Shown here in pieces: positions 27,069 through 40,499 of a DNA stretch of 64,000 nucleotides. The notes under the pieces are model-generated. The model worked only from the letters and a program-made list of their open reading frames with translations, was not told where the DNA came from and ran no database searches. The position numbers and the translations under genes are program-made. Source of the stretch: Geosiphon pyriformis uo1 (Eukaryota > Fungi > Glomeromycota); the NCBI GenBank assembly GCA_016748015.1, contig JAAOMT010000523.1, positions 1,513,552 through 1,577,551 on the forward strand, read 5' to 3'. The stretch's first letter is position 1. Each line of letters starts with the position of its first letter.

Positions 27069-29534
27069 ACATAAAATAAATATTTGGATTATTTCAAAAA
27101 GTTTTTGATCTTCATTTAATCAAGTCATTTTTTAGATAATAATTTACTTAGTTTTTAGAACGTTTTATTATAAAAATTAATTTTTTTTAGATTCAGCCAA
27201 AGTAAATAAATACAAAAGCTTTAATAACTAATAAATATTACAGAATTATAATTTATTTGGACTAATTTTTTATTATTTTAAATAAAGGATCATAATTTTT
27301 TTTTAGCTGTAGTATTATTAGCTTAACAGAAAACTTATTAAATAAATAAATAAATATAATAAAACAACTAATATCTAATTTTTAATCTTCAAATTTTATA
27401 TAACTAATTATATTAATTAAATTACATATTTATTCAATTTACTTTTTAATTATTTTTATTAGTATACAATTATTATTCACTTTTTTATTTGTTTTAGAAC
27501 TTTTTGTTTTATATAATAAATGTAAATTTTAGTAAACTGCTTAAAATTTATTTGAACTAGTTGAATTCAGTCTAGACTACTTGAAATTTTTATTAGAATA
27601 ATGCATAATTTAATTGTAACATTAGTTATATTTGTGAATTAATTCAAATTTTTTGTAATATTTTATTAATAATTATTAGATAATTAATATAATTTATGAA
27701 ATATTAATTAACTTGGTTTTAAAAGCATTTTTTGAGACAATTATTTTTTTTGATTCAAAAAGAAAAGAATCTTAATAATGTTTTTTTTTTTACTAAAACT
27801 GAAACAGTAAGCAAGAAAAGAATTAATAGAATCAAAGTTTTTTGAAATAAACATTGACATATATTACCACAATCTAGCAGGTTTTAACTTAAAACTAACA
27901 ACTTTATCAAATACTTTAAGAGCATTTTTAATGTTCTCAACAGATGTACTAAAAAAACTGATGAAAAACAAGAGCAGTAGAAACAGAAACAAAATTAGGA
28001 GTCACAACAGATTTTGTAATTTTAAGTGTAATAAACAAGAGATATTCAACAAATTTTTGTCAGTAATACAATAAACGCAAATCTTTCAATGACCTTTTTG
28101 ATGCATGTGAGTTAAAGATTTTTTTAGTTTTATTGTTTTCATTTTAGTGCGTAATCTTGATTTTCATCGTTATTAACATACTTTGGTTGTACATGAGCCA
28201 AAGGACCAACAGGTTAACTTTTAAATAAAACCCTCTAAAACACTAATTTAGAAAGTTTTGTAGTTTGATTACCCTCCTAAAGGACCTATTAAATTATAAC
28301 AATTTTCAGGAGTATTTCTTAATCAAGATTTCATTTCAAAAAATATATTGTACTACCAATGTATCCTGTGTGTGGTATCACATTTATTTATTTATTTACT
28401 TGATACATGTATACATAAAAAACTGAGTTCAGTTTCAAGAATAGATTCAATGTAGTCGAACATGGTTTCTTACGTAAAAATTTATTCATTTTATTGGGTA
28501 GTGATTTTTGACTACTACTTTAAAGCTTATGTTATAATATTCTGGAAAAATCAAATCAAACCAACCAATAAAAATTGCCCTAATTACAATAAATACGTGG
28601 ATCTTAAAAATTCATTTTAATTTTTTTTGAATCATATTATGAAGAATATATATTCAAGAGAAAAACTCTGCGAACTCTTGAGCAAAATAATATTTAAAAT
28701 TAAATCTTTGAGTTTTTATTCATTCTAAGGATTGGGTCAAATTATTACTTTGTGAAGATATACCGCACACCTATTTCTCAAAATTAAATGTTCAAGAGAA
28801 GTGTTTTGTGTCTTTTTGAAATCAAAATCCTTGAAATAATATACACCAAATTTATAAGCAAAATAAAGTTTAATAAAAATTTTTTTAACTTAACAAGAAT
28901 ATCTTTGTGGATAAAATATGAAACCATTTAGTATAATAAGCGAATGTATAAATTCTTAAAAAATTTAATTTCAGATCTTTTAAAAGGCAGGATGCTAAAC
29001 ATAACTTGCTTCAGGATTTTCAGTTAATGAAAATCCTTTTACTTAAACCCTATTCTCTGAACTGTTTTGAAGAGTCAATAAATGCAATTTTTTTTATTCT
29101 CGAATATTATTTCTCAACCCTTTGATTGATCAATTTATTAATTATTGATTACCAGTTAATGTTTATATTGGGGAGGGGGGAAGGGAGGACAAATAACAGA
29201 CTAATTTTAATCTTATCTATGCTCTTTTTAACTCTTTATTTAAGGGTAAGGATTAGTAGACGTAATAAAAAATTTATAGAACAGGATGAATTGGGCATTG
29301 TAATTAGTCAATTCGATATCGTATGACAAATTGATCCAATAGTTAGTGATTCATAATTACATGTACATATATTATGAAAGAATTGATATATCACGTAATT
29401 GGGTAAATATTTGACTACTTTTGTGGGTAAGTGAGAAAATATTTTGCACCAATAAATCAATCTCAAAAATCTTTTTTATTAGGAAAAAGTAAATTTTTTC
29501 GTAATCAATGTTGATCTCTATTAAGTTCTTTCCC

Positions 29535-29600
29535 TAGTAGTAGTAGTAGTAGTAGTCGTATTAGTATTAGTAGTAGTATTAGTAGTAGTAGTAGTAGTAT

Positions 29601-29689
<89 letters not shown>

Positions 29690-29806
29690 GTGATGGTAAT
29701 AGTAGTAGTAGTAGTATTAGTATTAGTAGTAGTAGTAATAATAGTGATGATAATAGTAGTAGTAACAGTAGTAGTAATAATAATAATAATAATAGTAGTA
29801 GTAGTA
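29535..29806. repeat. compound trinucleotide microsatellite (TAG)n/(TAA)n
   Basis: About 270 nt of AGT and AAT triplet runs. Confidence 0.95.
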
Positions 29807-30984
29807 AATTACATAAAAAATTCTTTCCTTGATAAATTTTTTTTTGATATAAATTGTGACCTGGAATTTTTTACAGTTAAACTAATTTAGGTTCAGTAAT
29901 GTGTTTATATTTGATCAAATATTTGCTTTTGTTATTTTAGAATTCACAATATAAAAAAAGTATATAAGAAAAAATTTTCAGTTTCTGACCTTTTAGCTTA
30001 AATTTGCACTTTTTATATATAAATCAAGCCTTTCACATTTCATTTACCCAACTTTCATATTATATGTCATACGATAAAAAATCTAAAACCCAAGAAAAGC
30101 ACCACAGCTTTTAATCATTTTTAAACGTTTTAGGCATAAAGCTGTTAGGAAAAAGTTACACCATTCAAGATTTTGCGTAAAAATACTGGTTTCTTTTAAA
30201 GCTTTTTTTTTGTAAAAATAATAATGTAGAATTTAAAACTATATTTCTGAGATTTTAAGTCATTTTTTTAATGATATGATTTGAGGTTACTTATAACTGT
30301 TGACATTTTCAAATAGAAAACTAATGAAAGTAACATTTTCAAAATCAAAAACCTAACCCCATTATTTCGATTTTTCGAACAGCAATGCGTCTTTTGAAAG
30401 TTATTTATTTTGAATAGATGATAACTTAATAGTTTTAATTAAACATTTTATTTATTTATTTATATAAATTTCGTTTTAAAAAATTTATATTTTATTTTTC
30501 AAATAATTGAATTTTCATTTTATCAGTGGTTTTAATTTTAATCAATTCCAAAGAGTTACTCCAAATTGTTTCAGAAATTCTACATTATTCCTATAATCAT
30601 ATCTTTTACGACGACTTTAAGAATTAATTTTGTTCTCATTATTAGCAAATATCTAGATCAAATCAATTTCAGGTATCATAGTGAATCATAAAGTAATATA
30701 TATATATATATATATATACTAAACTAACTAACGAATAAAAGAGAGAAAGTTCGACTAATACATGCAATTAATCGAATGTATATGCAAGATACAATTATTT
30801 TTGCATTTAGGATCTGAGAATAAATGTTGTAAGAAAACCTCTTGATACAACTACAAATCAAAAGAATTATGATTATAAATTATTGCATATGTCAATGCTT
30901 TGCAACAAAAACAACAACAAATCACTAAAAGCTTAAAAACCATAAATGATTTTTTCATCTTTTTACTTTTAAAAGTTTTGGGCT

Positions 30985-31125
30985 TTCACACTTTCTTTCA
31001 TACTTTCTTTCTTTCCTTCCTTTTTTCTTTCCTTCCTTTTTTCTTTCCTTCCTTCTTTCTTTTTTTCTTTCCTTCTTTCTTTTTTTCTTTCTCTCTTTTT
31101 TTCTTTCTTTTTTTCTTTCTTTTAC
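30985..31125. repeat. (TTTC/TTCC)n polypyrimidine tract just upstream of 7TM paralogue B
   Basis: Almost pure C/T, ending ~25 nt before the ATG at 31149. Confidence 0.85.
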
Positions 31126-31148
31126 CTAATATATCTTCTCACCCTCAA

Positions 31149-32084
31149 ATGGAATTGCAATACGAACTTACTATTCTTGCGGTTGGATTATTTTTTATAA
31201 CTACAATTACCTTGATAATAGGTTATCATTGTATTCGAAATTACACAAAGATAAGAATTGCCTGGTAATGTATATCACAAATATTATAAAGTCTTTTGAA
31301 AATAACTATTAGAACTTTAGCTAATAAAATTATATTCTTACATTTATTATTATCTAGTTTTATAGCAAATAGTTTCCTATCTCTTTTAATTCTATTAGAA
31401 CTTACTCGGCCAAATGACGATGGATTAAAAATATATAAGTCAAAAATATTTACAACAGATTTCATTGACGCTATCTTTACCACAACTATATCAATACTAG
31501 TTCTCCAAATGGGCCGGAAATTCTATTCTAAAGATCAATGGAATACTATAATTTTTAAAATAAGCATATTCTTAATCATACTTTTTAACCTTTTAAATAT
31601 TACATTTACTATATTAGTACTCACTAAGCTAATTAAGCACGCCTACTTTCTAAAAGTCTACGCACATCGATTTCTCGGAATGTTTACTATTTTTGTGACT
31701 TATATTTATACCTTTTACCCGATATTTTACCAACATATAAATCCTTTAGCGAAACCTTCCACCACAAAATCTAGTATAAATCCACAAAATACCGCTGTTG
31801 CTACTTGGTATATGACAAACTTATTATTAATATCCCTTCTTTATTTAGCTTTATATTTATTTTCCATTCTAATTAGGGATAATATGCCTCTTTTTGGACC
31901 TCTTATCACTACTTTCGATGCAATTTTTAGGAGTTTGTTTTCATTAGTTTTAGCGGTACCACCTTACCAAAAATTTGTTAAATGGGTAAAACATATTATT
32001 ATTTACCGCAAACCAATGAGTAGTTCCATTACAGAACGAGGAGTCCTTAGCACTGGGATGATAGAAGTAGTGGACTTTAAATAA
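31149..32084 (+). CDS. 7-transmembrane membrane protein (GPCR-like topology), paralogue B, 280 aa
   Basis: Exons 31149-31264 and 31358-32084 (843 nt). Intron is at the same position and phase as in paralogue A; starts MELQYELTILAVGLFF. Confidence 0.85.
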
Positions 32085-32730
32085 TCATATTTTAAGTTCT
32101 TAAAAGAATTAAAAAACTATGTCAAAATCTTTTTTAATATGCTTTTAATTTTACTTTTTCCATTTATAAATATTATTTTATTATATATTTCTGTAAACTT
32201 GAAAATTTTTGTGAAATATTTTATGTGATGTTTATAAATTGTTAAAAGTCTTTTATAATTAAAATTATTTGATTACAATTTTATGGTTTTTCTTTGAACA
32301 GATTTTAGAATTTCATCTAAACTTGATGTTTTTCTTGTAAAATTATGATCAACTTTTTTCCCATTTTGCAAAAAAGTAATTTCATAATTTTAAAAAGTAC
32401 TTTTTACAAGTTTTAAATATTTATAATTTATTTATTTATTTATTTATTTTAAAAAAAAGAATGAAAATAAAAAAATATTTATATAATATTTATTAAAAAA
32501 TATTAATATTAAACAAAAGAATTAATTGTTTTTCAAATGGTAAAAGTATTTTATTCTCTTTTTAACTGACTTTCCACAGTTTAATATGTTAAAGTTTAAT
32601 TCTAGAAGTTTCTAAATTTCTGAATTTGATTCAAATTTGTGGCCGTTTTTCTCGCTTATATGTAACGTTTTTGTCTTCCTTGGGTATCTTTCCAAATAAA
32701 ATATGTTTAATTAAGGAGTTTTTTTGAGAT

Positions 32731-32761
<31 letters not shown>

Positions 32762-33405
32762 GTAGCGAAAAATTCATTTGGTCTCAAAGTCATCGAAACT
32801 TTGGTTTATCTTGATTAAATCAAAAAATTATCGCCCATTTTTTTGATGAATCCTCACAGTTTGAGAATAATCTGAAAAGGAGTCTTGGCTCACAACTGAT
32901 TGATTGTTATACACATTGTATATTTACAGTTACTAATACTTACAAATGGACGCCTGATTTTTTAACTGATTCAGGATATTGAAATCATGTGAGGTAAAAT
33001 TCAATTACATGCATCAATTTTCAATCTGCAGATGGTATTAGGAGTCAAGCTTTTTACCATTTGCAAAAGACCATATGTTTTTTACTCATGCGAAAGAAAG
33101 GATTTTTTAAGGATCTACATTGTTTTTATTTTTTATTTTTTATTTTACATGATACAATTAACATTTCTGAAAGGAACCTATTTTTTCATGGCTACAAAAA
33201 TCCTTGAACGGTTCAAATATGAAATCTGTAAGCGAAAAAATATATATAAAGTGATGTAAATTCAAAATCAAGGAATTTAAATCAACAAACAAAAAGAATT
33301 CAAATCTCTCAAAACGGCATATTCTTTAAACAATAAAAATTGAGAATTCACAATTCAAAATTTTATTCTTTAAAAGCAATTAAATCAGCATTAAAATATT
33401 GAATC

Positions 33406-34179
33406 ATGTCATCTGAAACAAAAACGATTGTGTCTTCTATCGCTATTCCAGTCCCAAGCACAAAACGAATGCATAAAAAATGTGACAGTGGATTCTCGGA
33501 GTTTCTCGAAATCCCTTGTGAAAATACCTTGAGAGAATTTAATCAATTGATTCCTGAATCAAAAAATGGTTGTTTACATGAGAGGAACAATATTAAAATA
33601 GATAATTTCAATGGACAGAGCCTTGCCCAAATATTTAAGCCAGTGATAAAAAAATTGTCGCCAACTGTGTGTGTAACTTTGTTCAAACGTGAAAATGGTT
33701 TGTTCAAGTATTGGATTTTTATTGACGAAACTAATATTCAAAAATTAAATAAGAGACAAAAAGTAAAAATCCCAAAGTCATCAAAGGTTACAAAAATTTC
33801 TCATCAAATTTCACGTGAAATAAAACGAGAGATTACAACAAATCTAAATCAACATCAACCAAATAATTTATCAGCAATTCTTAAAGTATCAGAGCAAAAA
33901 GTCGTCAAGAACAAAAAAATCATACAATCAGATCCTTTAGAGTTGAATGAGAATGATTTCAAAAAAATTCAAAAGTTTCGCGAGCTGCTTTGTAGAGGTA
34001 AGAAAATGCTGTCAAAATATCACAACAAAAAATATCGTTTTTTATAATTTGGCTTTTAATAAACAATTTTATTCTTTTTTATCGATAATTTTTTAGTTTC
34101 AAATCAAGATATTCCGGATCGCCAAATTTTTAAAATTAAACCAGTTGAGGGACATTGCTCAGTTTCAGGAGTTTTATAA
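33406..34179 (+). CDS. hypothetical basic protein, 224 aa
   Basis: Exons 33406-33997 and 34097-34179 (GTAAG...TAG, phase consistent, 675 nt). No recognised domain. Confidence 0.7.
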
Positions 34180-35006
34180 ATTTGATTATTTGGAACTTGA
34201 ATTTTTACCAAACTTATACACCCATTTTATATCTATGAAAAACATTCAAACCAATTCTGAGATTTTTATTTTTTTATATATGACATTCGATTAATTTCAA
34301 AATAAGCTGTAAATACGGGGGTAAAAGTATGTCATCAAGTTTCACGAACTCGGAAGCTTTTTTTGAGGAGATTTAATATGACACAAAATAGCTTCCCAGT
34401 TCGTGAAATTTTTTTAAGCTCAAAGTAGCCAAAGGATAATAATTTAAATTTCTCTGAAAAAAGAATTGGGAGAGATTTTGTTTAAAGATAAAGAAAAACG
34501 TTTATAAGATTAAAAGAAGTTTAAATGATTTTTTAATAGAAAAATATTTAAAGTAAAAAGAAAATTTTTTTGAAATATATTTAAAGAATTACTTTATAAA
34601 ACTTTAATTCATATTTATTGTATTTAAAAATTTTTGAAAGATTATTTTGTGCTCATTATCATTCATTACACAATAAAAAAAATGACTTCCAAAAATTTAA
34701 AACTTATCGATCGATCAAATCCTAGTACTAAAACACCCATTGCCTTGATTTCTTGTGTGTTGAAAGGAAAAAAAAAATTATCTTTTCTTTTTGGTTATGA
34801 AGCTCTTTATGAACAAATTATTCGCTCGAATAATTAATCAATTGTTTTTGATAAAGAACTCTTTTTTTTATTCAAAAAAGTCTAAGAAAATTATCAATTT
34901 CTAGAATTTACAATTATAAACATCCAAAAAATCCTTTAATTTGGGGGTGTAGTTAGAATATTAATAATCATTGGTCACAATGAGTTGAATCTCTATTTTA
35001 ACATTA

Positions 35007-35070
35007 AAACTACAATTCAAACATTAAAAACTACAATTCAAAAATTAAAAATTACAATTCAAAAATTAAA
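35007..35070. repeat. ~20-bp tandem repeat x3
   Basis: aaa(c/t)tacaattcaaa(c/a)attaa repeated three times. Confidence 0.75.
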
Positions 35071-36059
35071 ATTTAACATTCTGAATAATCATTCGAGTTT
35101 ATAATACTTCAGGTGGCTCCAAAATTTTTTAAGCTCATTTTATTTCCGTACCTAATTCTTTTTTTATTGCTTAATATATTTAAAAAATTCTATGTATACA
35201 ATTGATTTCACATCTCTTTCAACCTTTTTTTACTAGATGTTAACTTAAAAATGCAAAAAAATTCCTAAAATCCAAAATATGTCAAGAAATTATTTCTAAA
35301 TATAAAATCAAAAGAAAATAAGAGCAAAGCTGAGTTTTTTTAAACTATCCATTTTATCAGTAAAATTTGTCATCCTTAGAATTTTACTAATTAATACTAA
35401 ACTCCATACTATTTAGCAAGCATAAATCACTGATATCTTGGTGTGATATGGTAAATCTTTAAATTTAGAAAAACTAAATTTATCATAACAAGTATGTTTT
35501 GATTTCTTAGAAATTATAGCTCATTAGAAATTTAAGCCTTACAAATAAGCCCTTTCAAAATCAAGATTATCTCTTGCATCAAAATTTCTCTCTTTGAAAA
35601 GAATTTTTACTTCTTTAACATTTTCGTCACAATAATTAAAACCAAATCACTGAAGGGAGGCCAAATCTTGAAGTTCTTACCATAGCTCAAAAAATAAGAT
35701 AGCAAGAAGGCTAGTAAGACCTTGAAGATAACTTCTGCTTGCTTGCTACTTTCAAAGGTTTTAAAAATACAAATTTTTTGGCTCACTTTGCAACACTCTT
35801 CTTGCGGAGTTTGAAATGCACTAATCACGATGCCTGACCGAGGCTTACTATTTAAGAAGGAAGTGATCGGTGATTTATCAGCCACATAAAGCGAACAAAT
35901 AATCACGCTGAAAAAATTACAATTACATCATTCATACCAAAGACCTTTTAAATAAAAACTATTTCTGCTAATCTTTTAACGCTTCTAAAAATTTTTTTTT
36001 TCAAAAACAACAAAATCTTTTTTCGAACTTCTTAGATTGCATTAATATCCAAAAATACA

Positions 36060-37317
36060 ATGGAATTTAGTGAACATGGAGAACAAAAGTACTTTGAGGA
36101 GCCGATCGGTAAGTTACCCATTGAAAAATTAAAGCAATAGATCACTCAAAAGATTTTTTTTGGTCTTAATTTACACTCTAGAACATACCTCAAATTTCCC
36201 AGCGACAACTCAGCCTATTCAAAATACTCCTCAGCTAATGCCTACTGCTTACCCACTTTCATCACTGCAACATCAATTCATCCGGTTCAACGTTGAAACA
36301 GTAGAAATTCAATCTATCCCTACGCTCTTTAGCTCAACTAATGAAAAGAAGATGGTTTTATCGTTTCGTTTCGCGAATAATGATTGCCAGTGGGCTCTCA
36401 CTACCGGCGATGATATTATCATTCCTTTACCGTCGATCATGGGATTCAAGATCAATCAACACAAAAAGATCCAAATACGGATTGCGAACGGAGTCAAATT
36501 GAAGGTGGGTATTGAGGATAACAAAAGTTCCACTTTACATTATGCTAAAAGTAAATTATTCTTATACTTATCAAATTAGTGTCGAAAACATAACCCAAGT
36601 GGATTATCAACAAATCCTTGCCCTGTCGAAGTTTCCCTTCAGAATGTAACTTCCTTGCTCTTCACTCCTTGTGATAATGTGGAAGATAACACATTAGTTT
36701 TGTTGGGGATTGGAATGAAAACAATTCGTTTTGCTGATAAAAACCAAACCGAAAAAAAAAGTGCCTCCAAAGCTCAAGTATGGTCTAATGATATTGGATG
36801 CCGTTCATAGATTTGCTTTGGAAGTAGAGAATTTTAGTTTCAATCATGAAAAATTACAACTTTAGAGTGCCTCAGTTGATGTTACTCGTACCACTTTGAA
36901 TGCCAATTCGACAAATTTAAAGACTGAAAATCAAACAAATACGGAAACGAACAATGAGTTATTGGTTTCTCAAAGACCTTTAGGACCACAGGCATGTTTA
37001 TTAGAAATTATATTTGAAGATATTTGCCCAAGTTCTAATTTGTATTGATCAATTTAATTTATGAACCACTTTAGATGAATATTACTTGCACTTTCATGAT
37101 CAAAAAGATAAATTTCTTGGTTCCCAAGACTGTTAAATATAACGAGCTCCTTGCAACCATTGAGCAGAAAAGCAAAATTGAGTTGGATCCTAATCGTGTG
37201 TCATTTATAAATGCAATTGGACAGAAAGTCACACTCACCGATGAGGAAGACTGGAAGGTATGCAAATGGGAGTTTGATATGGAAAAGATGCTTAAACTTG
37301 AGATTTATTTGTTCTGA
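36060..37317 (+). CDS. protein with C-terminal PB1-like domain, 312 aa
   Basis: Exons 36060-36108, 36182-36504, 36580-36777, 36866-36991 and 37075-37317 (939 nt; last intron GC-AG). The C-terminus NITCTF..KINFLVPKTVKYNELLATIEQK...VSFINAIGQKVTLTDEEDW...LEIYL fits a PB1 beta-grasp with a degenerate OPCA motif. Confidence 0.75.
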
Positions 37318-39599
37318 TGAAAAGGGCAAAAGGGTCTTGAAGGTTTTATTTTTTACTCCTCATGATGTTTAAGCTATTTGAGGTCTGCAGTCTCAAGATT
37401 TGTTCAAAATTCATCCCTTGATGTGCAATGGTACATTCTTTAATAATTTTTATTTCCTCATGATGATAACTGACTTATTTTACAACATCATTTCGAATCT
37501 TTTTTTTTTCTTGAACCGTAATTATACCCTGAATCATCATAGGGAAATGTAATAATAATAATAATAAAAGAATTCCCCAAGAAAGGAAATTGAATGAAAA
37601 AATAAAATTATAATTTATCTAATATTATAAATAATTTAATTACATCTTAATTAAAAATACCATTGAAAGTTATTATTACATTTTTACAAATTTTTGATTT
37701 ATATCCTCTCAAAATGTAAATAACTGTCACATTATTAAAAATGGGTTGAAATTTTCCTTTTTTTTTTACAAATATTATTTCAAAAAATTGGCTAGTTTAA
37801 TTGGGTTTTTTTCTTCAAAAAAAAAAACTATTTCTAACCAAGTTATTTGAAACTAATAGGTGTTATTAAAAATTGTAATTTTTAAGCTATTTTTGTAAAC
37901 AATCAATTTAGAATACGGAATTGATTCACTTAAAGACTTTTTAATCTAAAAACTACTATTATTAGAAGTATATACTTGAACAATTTAAAAACTTTCAAAA
38001 ATTATTTGGTTGTAATGAAAAATTTTTACAAAAAGAAAACAAGCAGTAATAAATAAATTAAATTGAGTTATTGAAAAACTTTAACATGCAATTACTACAA
38101 AAATCTTTAAACATTCAGCAACAGCATTTGAACAGAAATAAGCCATTTTACATGAATTTTTAACAACATTTAAAACAAAAAAAATTTTTAGTAACACCAA
38201 ATCGAAATATTTAACAAAATATAGTAGTTACAGAAATTAAAAGTTTTAATTACTATTAATTTATTAAAATTTAAACCTTATCATCTAACACAGAATAAAC
38301 TGGATTAAAAACTTTTTAATTTTTATAATGTGAAATTCTCATTTAAAGGTTTTTTCATACAAATGAATTTTTTAATTTTATAGTAAAAAGTTGTTGAAAA
38401 AAACTAATAATAAATATTTTCATTTTTTTAGTTTGATTAATTTGCTATTTATAAAGTAATAACTTGATTTTTCAGCTGAATCTTATTTTTTTGTAAATTA
38501 ACAAAATTTAATATTTATGATAACTAATAAGTTTTCTTTTGAACTTTATTTAAACAAGGATAAAAATAATGAATTTTATGAAATTTTGCATACATTCATA
38601 AAAATTAACACACACCTGAAATTTTTAGCCATTAAATTTAAGGCTTAGTCTAAGAAAACTTTTTAAAAAACTAAATATTTTAAAAAATATAATTCCTTTT
38701 TTGTTAAAAAATTCCATTCAAGAATTTAAATTCAACCAAAGCCTTACTTTAAATAGCTAATAAGGCTTAAGCTATTTTGTTTTTTTTTGAAAAAAAAGCT
38801 ATTTTAAATAAAATTTTTATAATTAGATATTTTAATAATAATCTATAATAATTAAATATAATATTATTTTTACTTTATTCATTATTCTTGATTATTAATT
38901 TAACATAATTTTTAATTCAAATGTTAATCTGGTTTTTAACCAAACTATAATTTAGTTGTTAACTTAAATATTTGCCCTTTTATTAATTATATAAACAAAA
39001 AAAATCTTGTATTTTTTAAAAATAAAATTTATTAAATAAATAACTGTTAAAAATAATTAAATTTTTTTTTGAAAAGATCAAATAAATGGATTTTAAAACT
39101 ATCATAATATTTTAACTATTTACACATTCAATTTGTTACTTTATTAAGAGTTTTTTAATTAAATTCATATTGCTTTTAGTTTTTTTTCCTGTTATTTATT
39201 AGTGTATTACTTTAATTTACAATAATATAACTTAAATTCAAAATAGATTATAAATATTTATTTTATAAAAAAATTATTTTATGATAAGTTCTTTAAAACT
39301 TTAATATGAAAAACAAAACCTAATTATAATTCTAAAATTAAGTTTATTAAAATAATTATAATCAATCTTTAATTATTTAAAACTAAGATTAAAATAGCAG
39401 TATTAAATTAAAGTTTCATATAAATTAACAAATTTTTTAAATTAAAAAATTGATTTAGTTTATGATTTGTAAATTTTTATTTTAATTAATCAAAAAAATC
39501 GGGTTAAAATAATAAACATAAAAGTGATAAAACATATTTAAACCATATTTATTTAAAAAAATGGCAATTAAACAATATCTCATTAAGTTATATTTATAT

Positions 39600-40260
39600 T
39601 TTGTTAATTTGATGTTCTCCATTTTTTTCCATCGCTTCATTAATTCAACTATAAAAATTGCCCCAATTCTTCACAATTTTTTGGTTTTCGCTTTTCTTTA
39701 TTTTTTTAACGATGCTCTAAAGATATTTGATAAGATTAAGGTCAGGGCTATTAGAAGGGCAAAGGATAATTTTGTGAATATGATTTTCAATAAAGTTCTA
39801 AGCACCGCGGTTAGGATGCTTAGGATCATTGTCATGCTGAAACAGAAGAGAATCTTCTTTATTTTTACGCTAAACGCACCCTATGAAAGAAGTTTGTATC
39901 TACTCTTCGGTATTGTATTGGACGAATTGGTCTTGCAGCTTCAGATTATACTTGAAGGGCTAAAAATGGTCCGTTTCCAATCATTTAAATGACAAATCAC
40001 GCATAAAACGTGATTTCGTTGGATCGAGGTAAGCATAGGAGTTTTACATTTATATCCATGTTCGGGCAAATTTCTTTGTTTGTGTCAAACATTATCCCTT
40101 TGTGCTTTCCATCTCCATTTTCGAATGGTATAATAAGTTATACTCAAGGTATCTTCGTATCTAGCAGCCTTTTGCACTCACTGTTCCCAAAAATGTAACG
40201 TAGCTTCTTTTTGGGTGCACAAATTTCTTCCCGCATTTAAAGATATGATCTGGCGTAAAA
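39600..40260 (-). mobile_element. Tc1/mariner (DD34E-type) transposase remnant
   Basis: Minus strand reads TPMLTSIQR, DWKRTIFS and FQHDNDPKHPNRGA*NFIENHIHKIILCPSNSPDLNLIKYL*SIVKK (cf. FQQDNDPKH...WPSNSPDLNPIENLW). Catalytic E has become K; stops present; no TIRs recognised. Confidence 0.85.
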
Positions 40261-40320
40261 CTTGTAAAAGTTAATTTTGCCATTTTTGTATATCGTATTT
40301 GAGTAAAAATTAAAATTGAA

Positions 40321-40458
40321 GAAGCCAAAATGTTGTGAAACTATTTTATTCAAAACCTTGTATATAAAATCAAGTTTTATTTTACTCCCACTTTCAATGG
40401 ATGACACTTTAACAGTTTATTAAATCTCTATTTTTAATTCAAATAATATATAAAAGAA
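40321..40458 (+). promoter_or_regulatory. conserved upstream block and TATA-like box of CYP paralogue 1
   Basis: gaagccaaaatgttgtgaaactattttattcaaaaccttgtata and tataaaagaa are shared with the region upstream of CYP paralogue 2 (59685-59854). Confidence 0.55.
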
Positions 40459-40499
40459 CAGCGATACAGTTTTTTAGATGCAAATTTTAGCTTTTAAAG

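Larger units (their letters stand above)
21290..27400 (+). mobile_element. degenerate Ty3/Gypsy LTR retrotransposon interrupted by a hAT transposon
   Basis: Gag DLIEWLKDFERAATANQYNNNCKFQIVKRYLQQSSAIWF (~22386-22502) resumes after 25690 (VHSPRKIVIKYIKAI*NLIKQ). RT FVTKFRIYKFIIMLFGLKNALLTF*KLIDNVF...FILIYLNNIIVYSK (~26860-27017), with YLDD decayed to YLNN. 3' end approximate. Confidence 0.85.

Noticed and set aside
29690-29890. ORF encoding a poly-Val/Ile hydrophobic peptide
   Set aside because: It is a translation of the (TAG)n/(TAA)n microsatellite.
30900-31148. Phe/Ser-rich N-terminal extension of ORF 30900-31268
   Set aside because: It is a polypyrimidine tract; the paralogue shows the true start is MELQ at 31149.
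39561-40198. Plus-strand ORFs of 143 and 62 aa
   Set aside because: They are antisense shadows of the Tc1 transposase relic.
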